Part shown: positions 45,262 to 55,529 of the stretch, in pieces
Layout: every line of letters begins with the position of its first letter
Numbering within the stretch: position 1 is the first letter of the stretch
NCBI GenBank assembly: GCA_965237955.1
Contig: OZ250169.1
Location: 4,128,001-4,192,000, forward strand
Source of the DNA: Candidatus Marinacidobacterales bacterium
GTDB taxonomy: Bacteria; Acidobacteriota; Vicinamibacteria; Marinacidobacterales; SMYC01
Reading direction: 5' to 3'
Length of the DNA: 64,000 nt
Made by a program: the position numbers and the translations under genes
The notes under the pieces: generated by a model
Databases searched by the model: none
What the model was told of the DNA's origin: nothing
The model's input: the letters and a program-made list of their open reading frames with translations, nothing else

Positions 45262-45598
45262 TGTCCCTTCCATTTATTCATCCGGGCGCGTCGGCGGACT
45301 CGGCGTCCAACAGGTTCTCACGGCGCCGCGCTCGGTGTGGCAGAGCCCGTACGTCGAAAGGCTCATTGGTGTAGCATTCGCCGCGAATGTCTCGACCACG
45401 TGATCGTCCTCGACGAGCAGCACCTGAGGCGAATCCTACGCAACTACGTCGACGACGATCATTTGTCCCGGACCCATTTGTCGCTTGAGAAGGACGCGCC
45501 GGTGCCCCGCCCGGTCGAGTCGCTGGCCGATGGGGAGAGTGACTGCCGTTCCGAAGGTCGGGGGTCTCCATCATTATTACACTCGCCTCGCTGCTTGA
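45262..45598 (+). mobile_element. IS481-like deleted remnant truncating a Tat-signal gene (45215)
   Basis: IR fused to QQVLTAPRSVWQSPYVER...GGLHHY. Confidence 0.75.
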
Positions 45599-45729
45599 GT
45601 TCGCCGCACTTCACGCGAGGTCTGCTTACGGACGACGCGTTCTTCGTCTGACGTTGTCCTACCCAGCTGAATAGCACAAAAACACCCACGTGTTGTCACA
45701 CATTAATATTGTAAACACCAACGTGTTTA

Positions 45730-47121
45730 TTGCATAATAAGCTCGAAGTGTATCTTCGGCGGGACATGGATCATGTGCTCAGGGAGTGGAGCGTCTCGAC
45801 GTCGCGAAAGCCCCTCATCCTGCGGGGTGCTCGCCAGACCGGGAAAACCGCCTCGATCCGTGAGCTAGCAGCAGGATACGAGCTTTGCCTGGAGCTCAAT
45901 CTAGAACGATACGAGGATCTTGCTTTGGTACGTTCCTCGAAGTCGGCGGAGGAGCTACTGTTGTCTCTGCGGGCGCGGCACAATCTAACCTCGTTTCCCG
46001 ATCGCACTCTGCTCTTTCTCGACGAGATCCAGGAAAGCCCAGAGGCCATTCGCTGGCTGCGCTTCTTGCACGAAGACCACCCCGAGCTTGCGGTCGTGGC
46101 GGCCGGTTCGCTGATGGAGGTTCGGTTGCAAGAGCGCGGCTTCTCGTTCCCTGTCGGCAGAGTCACCTTCCGCACCCTCCGGCCTCTTACGTTCAGGGAG
46201 TTTCTGAGCGCGGCCGGGCATGAGGTGCTCTTGGAGGAGATGGTTTCGGCGGCAAACGAGCGCCAGCCTCTGCCGATGCCTCTGCACAATCAGGCGAGCG
46301 AGCTACTGACCACCTATATGCAGGTAGGCGGCATGCCCGAGGCAGTCACGAGTTGGATCGAGTCTGGTGTTGCAGCGTCGGCGCGACAGGTCCACCGGGA
46401 TCTCATCGACTCCCTCGCCGAGGATCTTCAAAAATACCGGGGCGTCCGTGACGTCAGTTATCTCGAGGCGGCCTTCGAAAACCTGAGGCATCACTACGGG
46501 CTGCGATTCAAGTACGAAAACTTCGCTCCCGGCTACCGGTCGCAGCTCATGAAGTCTGCACTTGGCAAGCTGGAGGCTGCGCTCGTCATCACCCGCGTTC
46601 GACCCACGAGCTCCCTCGCGGCGCCACCGGTCGTGCGAACGCGCTCTGCACCAAAGCTCCTTCCGCTCGACACGGCTCTGGCCCTTACGACGATGGGGTT
46701 CGATGCTTCTGAGCTCAGGCGATGGCCGCTCGACAAGATCCTCGGGGGACGCGTCGCAGAGATGTTCGTTGGCCAGGAGCTCCTCGCGGCCTTGGGGCCA
46801 CAAGAGGGAGAACTCTACTTTTGGGTGAACGAGTCATCCCGGAGCAATGCCGAGGTGGATTTTCTTATGGCGGTCTCTGGCCGCCTCCTTCCTATCGAAG
46901 TGAAGGCCGCTGCCTCGGGAGCGCTCAAGTCCTTGCACCAGTTCCTGCGGCGCGCTGGTCTCAACGAGGCAGTGCGGCTTCACTCGAACCCAGTCGCGGA
47001 CGAGCATCATCAAGTGAAAATGCCAGGAGGAGCTCTGGACTACCGGTTGCTCTCGCTTCCTCTTTACATGGCCTTTCAGGTCCCAGCGTTGTTCTCTGAC
47101 GGATTATCGGCACGGGTTTAG
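45730..47121 (+). CDS. AAA_14/DUF4143-type ATPase with C-terminal nuclease-like motif
   Basis: GARQTGKT, LFLDEIQ, GGMPE, EVDF...IEVK. Confidence 0.9.
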   Translation: MHNKLEVYLRRDMDHVLREWSVSTSRKPLILRGARQTGKTASIRELAAGYELCLELNLERYEDLALVRSSKSAEELLLSLRARHNLTSFPDRTLLFLDEIQESPEAIRWLRFLHEDHPELAVVAAGSLMEVRLQERGFSFPVGRVTFRTLRPLTFREFLSAAGHEVLLEEMVSAANERQPLPMPLHNQASELLTTYMQVGGMPEAVTSWIESGVAASARQVHRDLIDSLAEDLQKYRGVRDVSYLEAAFENLRHHYGLRFKYENFAPGYRSQLMKSALGKLEAALVITRVRPTSSLAAPPVVRTRSAPKLLPLDTALALTTMGFDASELRRWPLDKILGGRVAEMFVGQELLAALGPQEGELYFWVNESSRSNAEVDFLMAVSGRLLPIEVKAAASGALKSLHQFLRRAGLNEAVRLHSNPVADEHHQVKMPGGALDYRLLSLPLYMAFQVPALFSDGLSARV

Positions 47122-47482
47122 CGGACCGCAGATCATGAGACGACTCACGGTGAATGCGCACTGCCGTCTTCCCTTTCAGGAATCCGATCGTGTGAGATAC
47201 ACGGTCACTCTTGGACGACGTCCATGACCCAGATGTCGCCGAGGTCTTCTTCCCAGTCGAAGTAGAGGTAGTCTCCGTCCGTGGCGAGGGAGAACTTGTA
47301 GAGGCTCCCGTGCCGTCCCGACAAATCGGTCACCGGGTACTCGCGCCCATCCTCTAACGACACCGCCCAGATGTTGGCGTTGATGTCGGTCGGTCGCACG
47401 AAGTAGATCTCCTTGCCGTCGGGCGACCAGCGAGGTCCGTATGCCCTGCCCTCGGTGACAGGCTCGGCTTCCCCTCCACTAG

Positions 47483-47607
47483 TCCCCTGGATCTTTGATT
47501 ACTATACAAAGTTAGGCTTTTCGCCAGCCCATAAGATTCATAAGATTCATGCACTTAGAAGGGTTTCGGCAAGCTCTGCTTTATCTAGTTTGTTCTGATA
47601 CAGGGGA
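47483..47607 (-). mobile_element. 125-bp MITE copy 3
   Basis: Reverse complement of the other copies, CTAG-flanked. Confidence 0.9.
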
Positions 47608-49160
47608 CTAGCGGGAATGCGCCAGAGACGGGCCCCGCGCCCATGGGACTGAAACACCAACCACTTGCCGTCGGGCGACCACGCGGAGACTTGATCGGTT
47701 CCGGGATGATCCGTCACCTGGCGCGGTTCACCCCCATCCGCGGAGACCACCCAAATATCCCGGTTGCCGCTCCGCCACGAGTCAAAGGCGATCTCCGTCC
47801 CGTCTGGAGACCACGTCGCGCGGACATCCTGCGCTGGGTCTCGAGTAAGCCGCCGGGCGGGACCCCCCTCCGCGGGCATCACCCAGATATCCAGGTTTCC
47901 GCTGCGGCCTGACCAGAAGGCAATCTCCCGTCCGTCCGGCGACCATCTTCCTCCCCCGGCATCCGTCGTTAACAGGGTCATCTCGCCCCCCTCGGCGGGG
48001 AGCACCCACATACCCCCGCTGCCCGAACGATCGGAGCCCACCAGAAGTCTCCGGCCATCAGGAGAGATGTCGCCGAGGACGGTGAGTGACTGGCCTGTGG
48101 TGAGCTGCTCGGCATCCGCCCAGCTCGCTGTACGTTCGTGAAGAATGGGCGCGCGCCACACGTTCGACACCAACCGGCCCTTGGAGTAAGCGAGCTTCGT
48201 CCCGTCGGGAGAAAAGGCCGCCCTTCGCATGCCGACACCGACCGTCAAGGGCTCCGGAGCACCTACCGGCCCTTCCTCCCCGATGCGTTGCTGCCAGAGA
48301 TCCCTGCTCCCGCCGCGGTTCGAGACGAAAAAGAGCCGGCGTCCGTCCGAGGACCAGCTCGGGCTCCAGTCGCGCGAGCTCCTGTCGGTGACGGGGATGG
48401 GCTCACCTCCAGAGGCAGGGAAAAGGTAGAGGCTTGTCCTTTGCTGCTGACGAGGATTACTTGCGTCGACGCAAGCGATGTAGCCCCCGTCCGGAGACCC
48501 GCTCATGTCCCAGCAAAATCTCGAAAGAGACATTCGCCGCATCTCCTGTGACGGGAGGGAAAAGATGTCAATGAACCACCCTTCCGGTGCCCCGAAAACG
48601 ACCGCAAGCTCGGCCCCGTCCGCCGACCAGCCAACTCCAAAACTGACGCGCGCACTTTCCGGAGCGTACACCTTGCGAGGCGGGCCACCCACCGCGGGCA
48701 TGACGAAGACGTCCGTCCCCGAGAGGAACGCAATCTGGCTCCCGACTGCGTATTCCAGCCATCGTGAACGCCGAATCCAGAGCAAGCTGAACAGCGAATC
48801 CGGTGAAGCCGAACGCTCATCGAAGCGATGAAGTGTTGGGTGACCTCCTTTCCACTGATTGAAAACGTGAACCTATCTTACCTGCGTGTTGTGTAGCAAG
48901 GGGCGGCAGGTCGGTGCCGGAGGGAGCGGGCGTAAGGAAAGACGCGAAGCGACCTTCCCGCTCCCGTAGGCAGCGACCTGCCGCGGCCGAACCCCGGGCG
49001 ATGTGGGGCTGGTTTCGGGGGGTTGCTGGGGTATGGCCTGGCTCGAGAAGACGCTTCCTGAGGCATTCTCGCGCGTCGTTTTGGCGCCGCATCGTCTGGT
49101 ACCCCGGGTTTGGCGGTTTCACCCGTTTTTATCGCATCGACGCTGTGGTCCCTCGCTCGC

Positions 49161-49919
49161 TCATGCATCGGCGTTGTCAAATGCCTTTGGCGCAGCCTTG
49201 GTCTTTCTCAGAGAAGCTCCTTTGAGAGTGATGCGGTGCGCGCTGTGGAGAATGCGATCGCAGATAGCGTCTGCCTGGTTTGGGTCGCCAATCGCTTCGT
49301 GCCACTGCTTGAGCGGAATCTGGGTCGCGATGAGTGTGGAGCCACGCTCGGCGCGGTCTTCGATGACCTCCATTAGATCCCGTCTCTCCGATTCTTTCAG
49401 CGGGTGAAGCAGCCAATCATCGATAGCCAGTAAGTCCAGCTTGGCGAGTTTCGTCAAAAGCCGGGCGTAGGAACCATCACCACGAGCGACCGCGAGCTCG
49501 TGGAGCAAGCGCGGTGCTCGCACGTAGCATCCGGTGAAGCCGCGACGACAGGCCCGCTCCACGAAGGCGCAAGCCAAGAACGATTTGCCAATCCCCGTCG
49601 GGCCGGTGATGAGCAGGTTATGGCGCTCACCGACAAAGCGGCAGTTGCCCAGGCTCAAGATCTGTTCGCGGTTTAAGCCTCGAGGCGCTTGGAAGTTCAC
49701 GTTCTCCAAACATGCCGGATAGCGGAGCTTTGCCGCTCGCAGTCGTCGAGAAAGCTTACGCTGTTCGCGGGCGGTCCACTCGGCATCGACCAGGAGTCCC
49801 ACACGTTCCTCGAAGCTCAGCTCCTTGTATTCGCTCGAGCTCAACTGGGTTTCGAACGCGGACACCAAGCCGAACAACTTCATGGCGTTCATCTTTTCTA
49901 TCGTTTCGGGTGTCAGCAT
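49161..49919 (-). CDS. istB: IstB ATPase
   Basis: Same protein as 19985-20743. Confidence 0.92.
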   Translation of the reverse strand: MLTPETIEKMNAMKLFGLVSAFETQLSSSEYKELSFEERVGLLVDAEWTAREQRKLSRRLRAAKLRYPACLENVNFQAPRGLNREQILSLGNCRFVGERHNLLITGPTGIGKSFLACAFVERACRRGFTGCYVRAPRLLHELAVARGDGSYARLLTKLAKLDLLAIDDWLLHPLKESERRDLMEVIEDRAERGSTLIATQIPLKQWHEAIGDPNQADAICDRILHSAHRITLKGASLRKTKAAPKAFDNADA

Positions 49920-51469
49920 CGGGACTCTCCTCCTTCGTAGTGATCCGCGCCTCGGATGTTCTCGTGCTCCTCTCGCGGTTTCGCTTCGGCGTCCGATTCG
50001 AGCACCACACGATCCAGACCAGCCGAGAGAATGTTTTTCACCGTGCGATAGCTGTAAGAGCTCAAAGCTTCCGCTCGTGCGCAAGCGGCCTCGAGACGCT
50101 CACTGCCCCAGCGGCTGCCTAGTCGCATGACTCCCAGGCAAGAGCGAAATCCCTGCTCCGGGTGAGGACGACTCTCTAGAATCCCCGCAACCAGCCTTCC
50201 CGTGGCGCGACCTGACTGCTCCGCCCAGTGGAGCAGCCGCGACGGCGTCCACTCCAGGTGCTCCCGATGCGAACGTGGCATATGCTCCGGGTTCGTGGAG
50301 TAGTGCCCCTTTCCTTTCTTGCGGGGATGCGACGCGACGCGCTTTCCCTTGAACAGGACCTCCACCACCGAGGCCGTCACCCGTGCCTCGACTTTCTCGT
50401 GAATGAGCTGATAGGGAACGCTGTACAAGTTGTTCTCCACCTCCACGTGGTAGTCGATGTTCACTCTGCACCGCTTCCACGTCGATAACTCGTAGCTCTC
50501 CTGCGGTAGCGGTTTCAGTACGGGCCGGTCTAGCCTTTCGTACAACTCCCGCCGACTCACACCGAGCTTCTGCATCGGACGCGCATTCAGGACCTCTAAC
50601 TTCTCCCAGATGGCTTCGTTCAGTTCCGCCAGGCTGAAGAACGTGCGATGACGAAGCACCGCCAGGATCCAGCGCTGCGCCACCTGCACTGCCGACTCCA
50701 CCTTCGCTTTGTCTTTCGGCTTGAACACCCGAGCCGGGACCACAACCGCACCGTAATGCGTCGCCAGCTCTTCGTACGTCCGGTTGATCCCTGGCTCGTA
50801 ACGGTCCACCAAATCCACGCCGCTCTTCAAGTTGTCCGGAACCCAGATCTCCGTACTGCCACCGAAGTAATCCGACATCCCCTTATGGGCCTTCGCCCAC
50901 GATTCCAGCGACTGGTTCAGTGTCGCTTCGACGTAGGTGTAACTGCTCGCGCCCAACGTCCCGACGAACAGCTCCATTTCGACGAGCTCTCCCGTTTTCG
51001 GATCGACGATGTGAGGCTTCTTCCCCGAAAAATCGACGAATGTCTTCTCGCCTGCTCGATGCCGTTGACGCATCGTCGGGTTCAGCTTCTTCTTCCACTG
51101 ACCGTACAGCTCGCAATAACGGCTGTAGCCGTACGCTCCCGGCTTATTCTCCGCGTACTCCACCCACAGCTGCAGCAACGTCAGCTCTCGGTGACGCCTC
51201 AGCTCCTCGTGGATGTGGGCATAGTCCAGACCCGGCCGTGCGCCAGACGAGCCCGGCGGCGGAAACAGCCCTGCCTCCAGCTCCCCTTCGCTCAGCTCCT
51301 CCGGGAGCGGCCAGCTCAGACCACCCTTCTTCGCCTTGGCCAGGTACTCACTCACCGTTCCAACCGCCACGCGAAGTGCCTTTGCGATCATGCGGTGAGT
51401 AAAACCCAGCTCGTACTTTAACCTTAGAACCTCTCGTGTTTTTCTCATCGATAACCTCTTAGCTGCCAT
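49913..51469 (-). CDS. istA: IstA transposase, intact
   Basis: LSMRK HTH, FVDFSG, VPDNLKS, KPKDKAKVE. Confidence 0.93.
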   Translation of the reverse strand: MAAKRLSMRKTREVLRLKYELGFTHRMIAKALRVAVGTVSEYLAKAKKGGLSWPLPEELSEGELEAGLFPPPGSSGARPGLDYAHIHEELRRHRELTLLQLWVEYAENKPGAYGYSRYCELYGQWKKKLNPTMRQRHRAGEKTFVDFSGKKPHIVDPKTGELVEMELFVGTLGASSYTYVEATLNQSLESWAKAHKGMSDYFGGSTEIWVPDNLKSGVDLVDRYEPGINRTYEELATHYGAVVVPARVFKPKDKAKVESAVQVAQRWILAVLRHRTFFSLAELNEAIWEKLEVLNARPMQKLGVSRRELYERLDRPVLKPLPQESYELSTWKRCRVNIDYHVEVENNLYSVPYQLIHEKVEARVTASVVEVLFKGKRVASHPRKKGKGHYSTNPEHMPRSHREHLEWTPSRLLHWAEQSGRATGRLVAGILESRPHPEQGFRSCLGVMRLGSRWGSERLEAACARAEALSSYSYRTVKNILSAGLDRVVLESDAEAKPREEHENIRGADHYEGGESRC

Positions 51470-52376
51470 TTCCTAGATCGTCCTCCTTCCGGGTACGACC
51501 TAGAGTTGCCTTGAAACGTGCTATCGATGAGCGTTCGCGATGCCGGAACCGGCGTTCACGTTGCCTGGAATCCGTGTTCACCTTCCCCGGAATCGATGTT
51601 CACGATCCCCGGAATCCGTGTTCACGATGCTTTGGAATGGATGTTCACCTTCGGCTGGAATCTGCGTTCACGATGCCCCGGAATACGCACCCGTCGGGAG
51701 ACCACCTCGGACTTCGGTCTTCCTCGACGCGAGCCACCGTTCGGTTGACCGCTCCTCCGCCTCCGAGCTGGGCCACCCAGATGTCGTTATTGCCGCTCTC
51801 GTCCGACTGAAACGCCAAGCGCTGGCCATCGGGAGACCACGTGGGAAAGTCTTCCACGCCCGCTGCGGAGGTGATCTGAATCGGGTTGGTGAAGCGAAGA
51901 CGGGTGCTCGATGACTCCCGGAGGAAGTAGGCCAGCGCTCCCACGAGGGCCAGGGCCATCGTCACGGTGGCTGCTGCAAACCACTTCACGACCGGAGAGC
52001 GCATCGGAACAACCGCTCCCTCCTCCAGCTCTCCCGAGGCCAGCTCCCCCTTCAATTCCTCCAGCTCGTTTCGGATGTCTTTGGCAGACTGATACCGGCG
52101 TTCGGGATCCTTGGCCAAACACCGTCTGACGATTCTCCAAAGGAGGTTTGGCAGAGCGGGATTGACTTCGGTGACCGACGGAGGCGTCTCTTTGATGATT
52201 GAGGCAAGAACGGAAGCGGCCGTTTCTCCTGTGAAAGGGCGTTGTCCCGTCACCATCTCATAAAGGATGATTCCAATTGAGAAGATGTCGGAGCGGTGAT
52301 CGACGCTCTTGCCTTGCGCCTGCTCGGGAGACATGTAGGCCACCGTCCCCACAATGCGTCCTTCTCCGGTAGCCTC

Positions 52377-53462
52377 TGCCTTGGTGCACAACTCCGATAG
52401 AGGCCGAGAGCTCGCTTGGCCCCGACTCCCATCATCCGATCATCTCGCTATCAGGCATCCCGAGCGCCGTCATGGTGTTCAGAATCTTGCACCCGATCCT
52501 TGCCTCGACTCTCTGTGCCGCCAACCCTCTCGCTCGCATCGCTGAGCCCACGATAGCCTTGTAGCGATGGAACGTTGTCTCGACTTTGCTCCGTTTGCTG
52601 TAGCCCGATTCTGTGTGCCACTTTCGTTTGCCGAGCCGAGCTTGTGCTGCAATGTTGCGATTGCGCTGTCGGCTGCTCGCCGGCCCCGATGCGAGCTGGG
52701 CGCCCTTGCGCGGCGGTATCAGCACCCTCGGCGAGCAATGAGCGCTGTGATTCTCGATTGCCTCATAGACACCGCCGGCGTCGTATGCGGTGTCAGCTCT
52801 GGCCGATGAGATGGGACTGTCGATCTGTCCGACAAGCGATGCAACCCGCGATGAATCGCGGGCTCTTTTGCTCGTCAGCTCGCCTGCGACGACTTCGCCA
52901 CTCTGCTCGTCGACACACAGATGGAGCTTGCGATAGTCCCGGCTCTTTGGTGCTCTGCGCAGCTGGCCGGCGTGGACAGCGAGACCGCTGCTGTCGATCA
53001 AGATGTGCAACGGCGTCTTCTGCTTGTCTTGGTAGAAGGGGACCTTACCCAGCTTCGCCTTGCGCCTCGAGATCGTGGTGTGATCGGGCACATCATTGTC
53101 TAGCTTCATCAGAGCGAACAACGATCGCAGCAATCCCTCGCTCTGCCTAGATGACAGATGAAACACCATGCCCAGGGTGACAGCCGTCTCGATGGCGTGG
53201 TTCGAGTACTTGCGTTGACGGCCCGGTTTCCTCCTCCTCGGCCGGGGCGCGTCCCAGTTCACAAGCTTGCCGGCGGTGAGCGAGATCCAGACGGTCAGGC
53301 TCCCACTGTTGCGTAGACCCGCCTCATATTCACGCCAATTCCTCACGCGATAGGCCTTCTTCACATACTTCCGCTGAGTGCGTTTGAAAATGCTCATGGG
53401 AACCTCGAATCCGTGAGTAAAGGACAATTGTGGACCGAGATCGCGAGTTGTGCACCAAGGCA
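52377..53462 (-). mobile_element. IS5-family IS copy 3; transposase 52432-53397
   Basis: Same IRs and ORF as copies 1 and 2. Confidence 0.92.
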
Positions 53463-53756
53463 GCCGAGAGACGCCGTTTCGCTTCGACAACGGGACGAAC
53501 ACCTGGATCGAGGGTTCGCTTTTTTTCAACGAGTGGGAGTCCTCCCGGATCCCGGTGAGCGCGACGATCACTCACTTCGCCGAGGAGTTTCTCGACGCCA
53601 ACCATGAGCTCAAGTTCGGCGTCCAGTTCGTGCGCGCATCAAGCGAAGGTATCGACGGCGTGCCGGGAGGCGTCCAGTATTTCGATTTCGACGGTGCGCC
53701 CGATAGAGCGTCGTTTCAGGATACCTCTATCTCGAAATCGACCGTGCGCACCGTGG
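53463..53756 (+). pseudogene. TonB-dependent receptor internal fragment
   Basis: ATITHFAEEFLDANHELKFGVQF. Confidence 0.6.
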
Positions 53757-54150
53757 GCAGCCGCGTGGTGAGTCCCGCCTGCATCGCCGGCGTCCGAATC
53801 TCACGTCCAAACTTCAGAGCTCCGTGCGGCCGGATGAAGTAATAGCAACGCAGCAACTCCAGGTGCTCTTCGAGCCTCTCCTTCGAGCGCGCGTGGCAGA
53901 GTGTGCGCCTGAGAAGATATGCCGAGCTTTGCCGTATGGTCAGATTCAGCCGCTCAACGAACGACGTGTTCAATGTAGAAGAGCCCTCGGAGTTATTGAG
54001 CGCTTCCTCAAATCGCCACGCCGCCCCGTACACCGATCTTCGTTCGACCTTCACGACACGATCATTCCTGCGCGTCTTGAGGACTTGGCCGTAGAGACAC
54101 GCTGGCCCGAAGACGCGACGGACAACCTTCTACCACGAAGACCGATGCCA
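53757..54150 (-). pseudogene. IS1-like transposase fragment, relative of 26509-27113
   Basis: NTSFVERLNLTIRQ...RPHGAL...TPAMQAGL. Confidence 0.8.
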
Positions 54151-54901
54151 CGGTGATCCTCGACGATGACCGAACGCATCTAGTCAAAAAGGAGCTCTTT
54201 GGGAACTCCTCCAAAAAATAGGAAGGCCTGCTCAAGCCCCGCGAACAACGTCCGCATGTCCTGTCGCTTGAAAAACCGAAGCCATAGCAGCCTCGAGTAT
54301 CCGAGCACCACGAGAAGTGCCCACCGACGACCCCATGGCAAACGAAAGTGTGCAAAATCGACCTGAGCTTGGTGGCCTGGTGGGGTCTCGAAACGCACCA
54401 GCGGCTCCGCCGGTGGCTGTGGGCGAATCTGCCGCACGTACTCCTTGACCTGCGTGTAGCCGCCTTCATAGCCCGCGGCACGGATCTCATCATGCAGGCG
54501 TACTGAACTCAGCTCCGGGAACTCGTGCAGGCGCGAATGAAGGATCTCCCGGTACGGGTCGATCCTGCGCTCGATCCGCGGACGCTTCTTGTAGCGCACC
54601 GTTTCCTCGTCCAACTCTCGGTCCAGTTGACCCGTCTTTATCCAGTGGTGGACCGTTCGGCGGCTGATTCCTAGCTTGTCTGCTAGCGCCGCCTTCTTGA
54701 TTCCCTGCTCCAAATACTCTCGTAGTAACACTCGTTTCTCCCTTCCGTACATCGGCGCCTCCACTCCGGAAACGCCATTCTGATTGAAGGCGCGCCGTCA
54801 TGTCTGGCACTCCAGACACACGACAACGGCCTCCTTTTACGGATGGCCGAGTGTGCAATTTTCGTCCGCCATAAGTGTGCAATTTACGCCCGCCGCTAAC
54901 A
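54151..54901 (-). mobile_element. istA: Truncated IS21 type 1 (left end plus 5' istA with nonsense codon)
   Basis: Near-identical to about 12717-13467. Confidence 0.9.
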
Positions 54902-54904
54902 GTC

Positions 54905-55510
54905 GGTGAGAACGAACCCCCACGCCCTTATTCAAATCCAAGCGGCGAGAGTTGACTGCCCTCTCAGTCCGCTTCGCGCCATTCGTAACGGTGGTGGAGT
55001 CCGCCCCACACGCGGTAGCGCAACCACCTGTGCTATAGGTGACGGTCGCGGCATGATTACTCTTGCGTTCGGTGTGTCTTTCTTGAGTCCCAAGCTTCAC
55101 CACGTTGTTGTGATCCAGGAGCGTTCCCGTCGAGGACGTGAAGAGGTAAGAGCTCTCCCGGATGATCGACTCGTTCAGCCAAATGTGACTCGTGAGGAGC
55201 TTGACGGTGTTGATGGAGAGATCCACCGTCCGCGTTTCATCCGTTTTCGTCCCTTTGATGGAACGGTCGTGGATGGACACCGTCGACTTCGCACTGATCG
55301 TCTCCATGGGAGTCCTGGCCGTGGGAGGGCACTTTGGCATCACTCTGGCCTTCCAGAGAGCCCCGTTTCCGTCGTTGCTCCTTTCGAGTACTCGTCGCTG
55401 GTTTGGGCTACACTCCTGGCCTTCACCGAGTTTGGTGATTTTCCGAAACGGGCCGTCTGGGTAGCCATCATCGTTGGCGCCGGACTCTACACGGTTCACC
55501 GCGAAAGCTC
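54905..55510. pseudogene. Mosaic of an rve 3' end (-), a phage-integrase fragment (-) and a DMT transporter 3' end (+)
   Basis: LGLKKDTP...HHRYEWREA; KGTKTDETRTVDLS...YLFTSSTGT; VSVVAPFEYSSLVWA. Confidence 0.6.
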
Positions 55511-55529
55511 TTGCAACAGGAGGTACGAA

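Larger units (their letters stand above)
48747..51689 (-). mobile_element. IS21 type 2 copy B
   Basis: Near-identical to copy A; flanks CCCGAC/CCCGTC (6-bp DR with one mismatch). Confidence 0.95.
47205..52376 (-). pseudogene. Ser/Thr kinase-TM-TolB propeller receptor broken by MITE, IS21 and IS5
   Basis: GTVAYMSPEQ...RSDIFS, TM helix, WSPDG repeats continuous across the insertions. Confidence 0.88.

Noticed and set aside
40276-52376. Diversity-generating retroelement behind the propeller variation
   Set aside because: No reverse transcriptase or template repeat in the window; differences include indels and span about 1.6 kb
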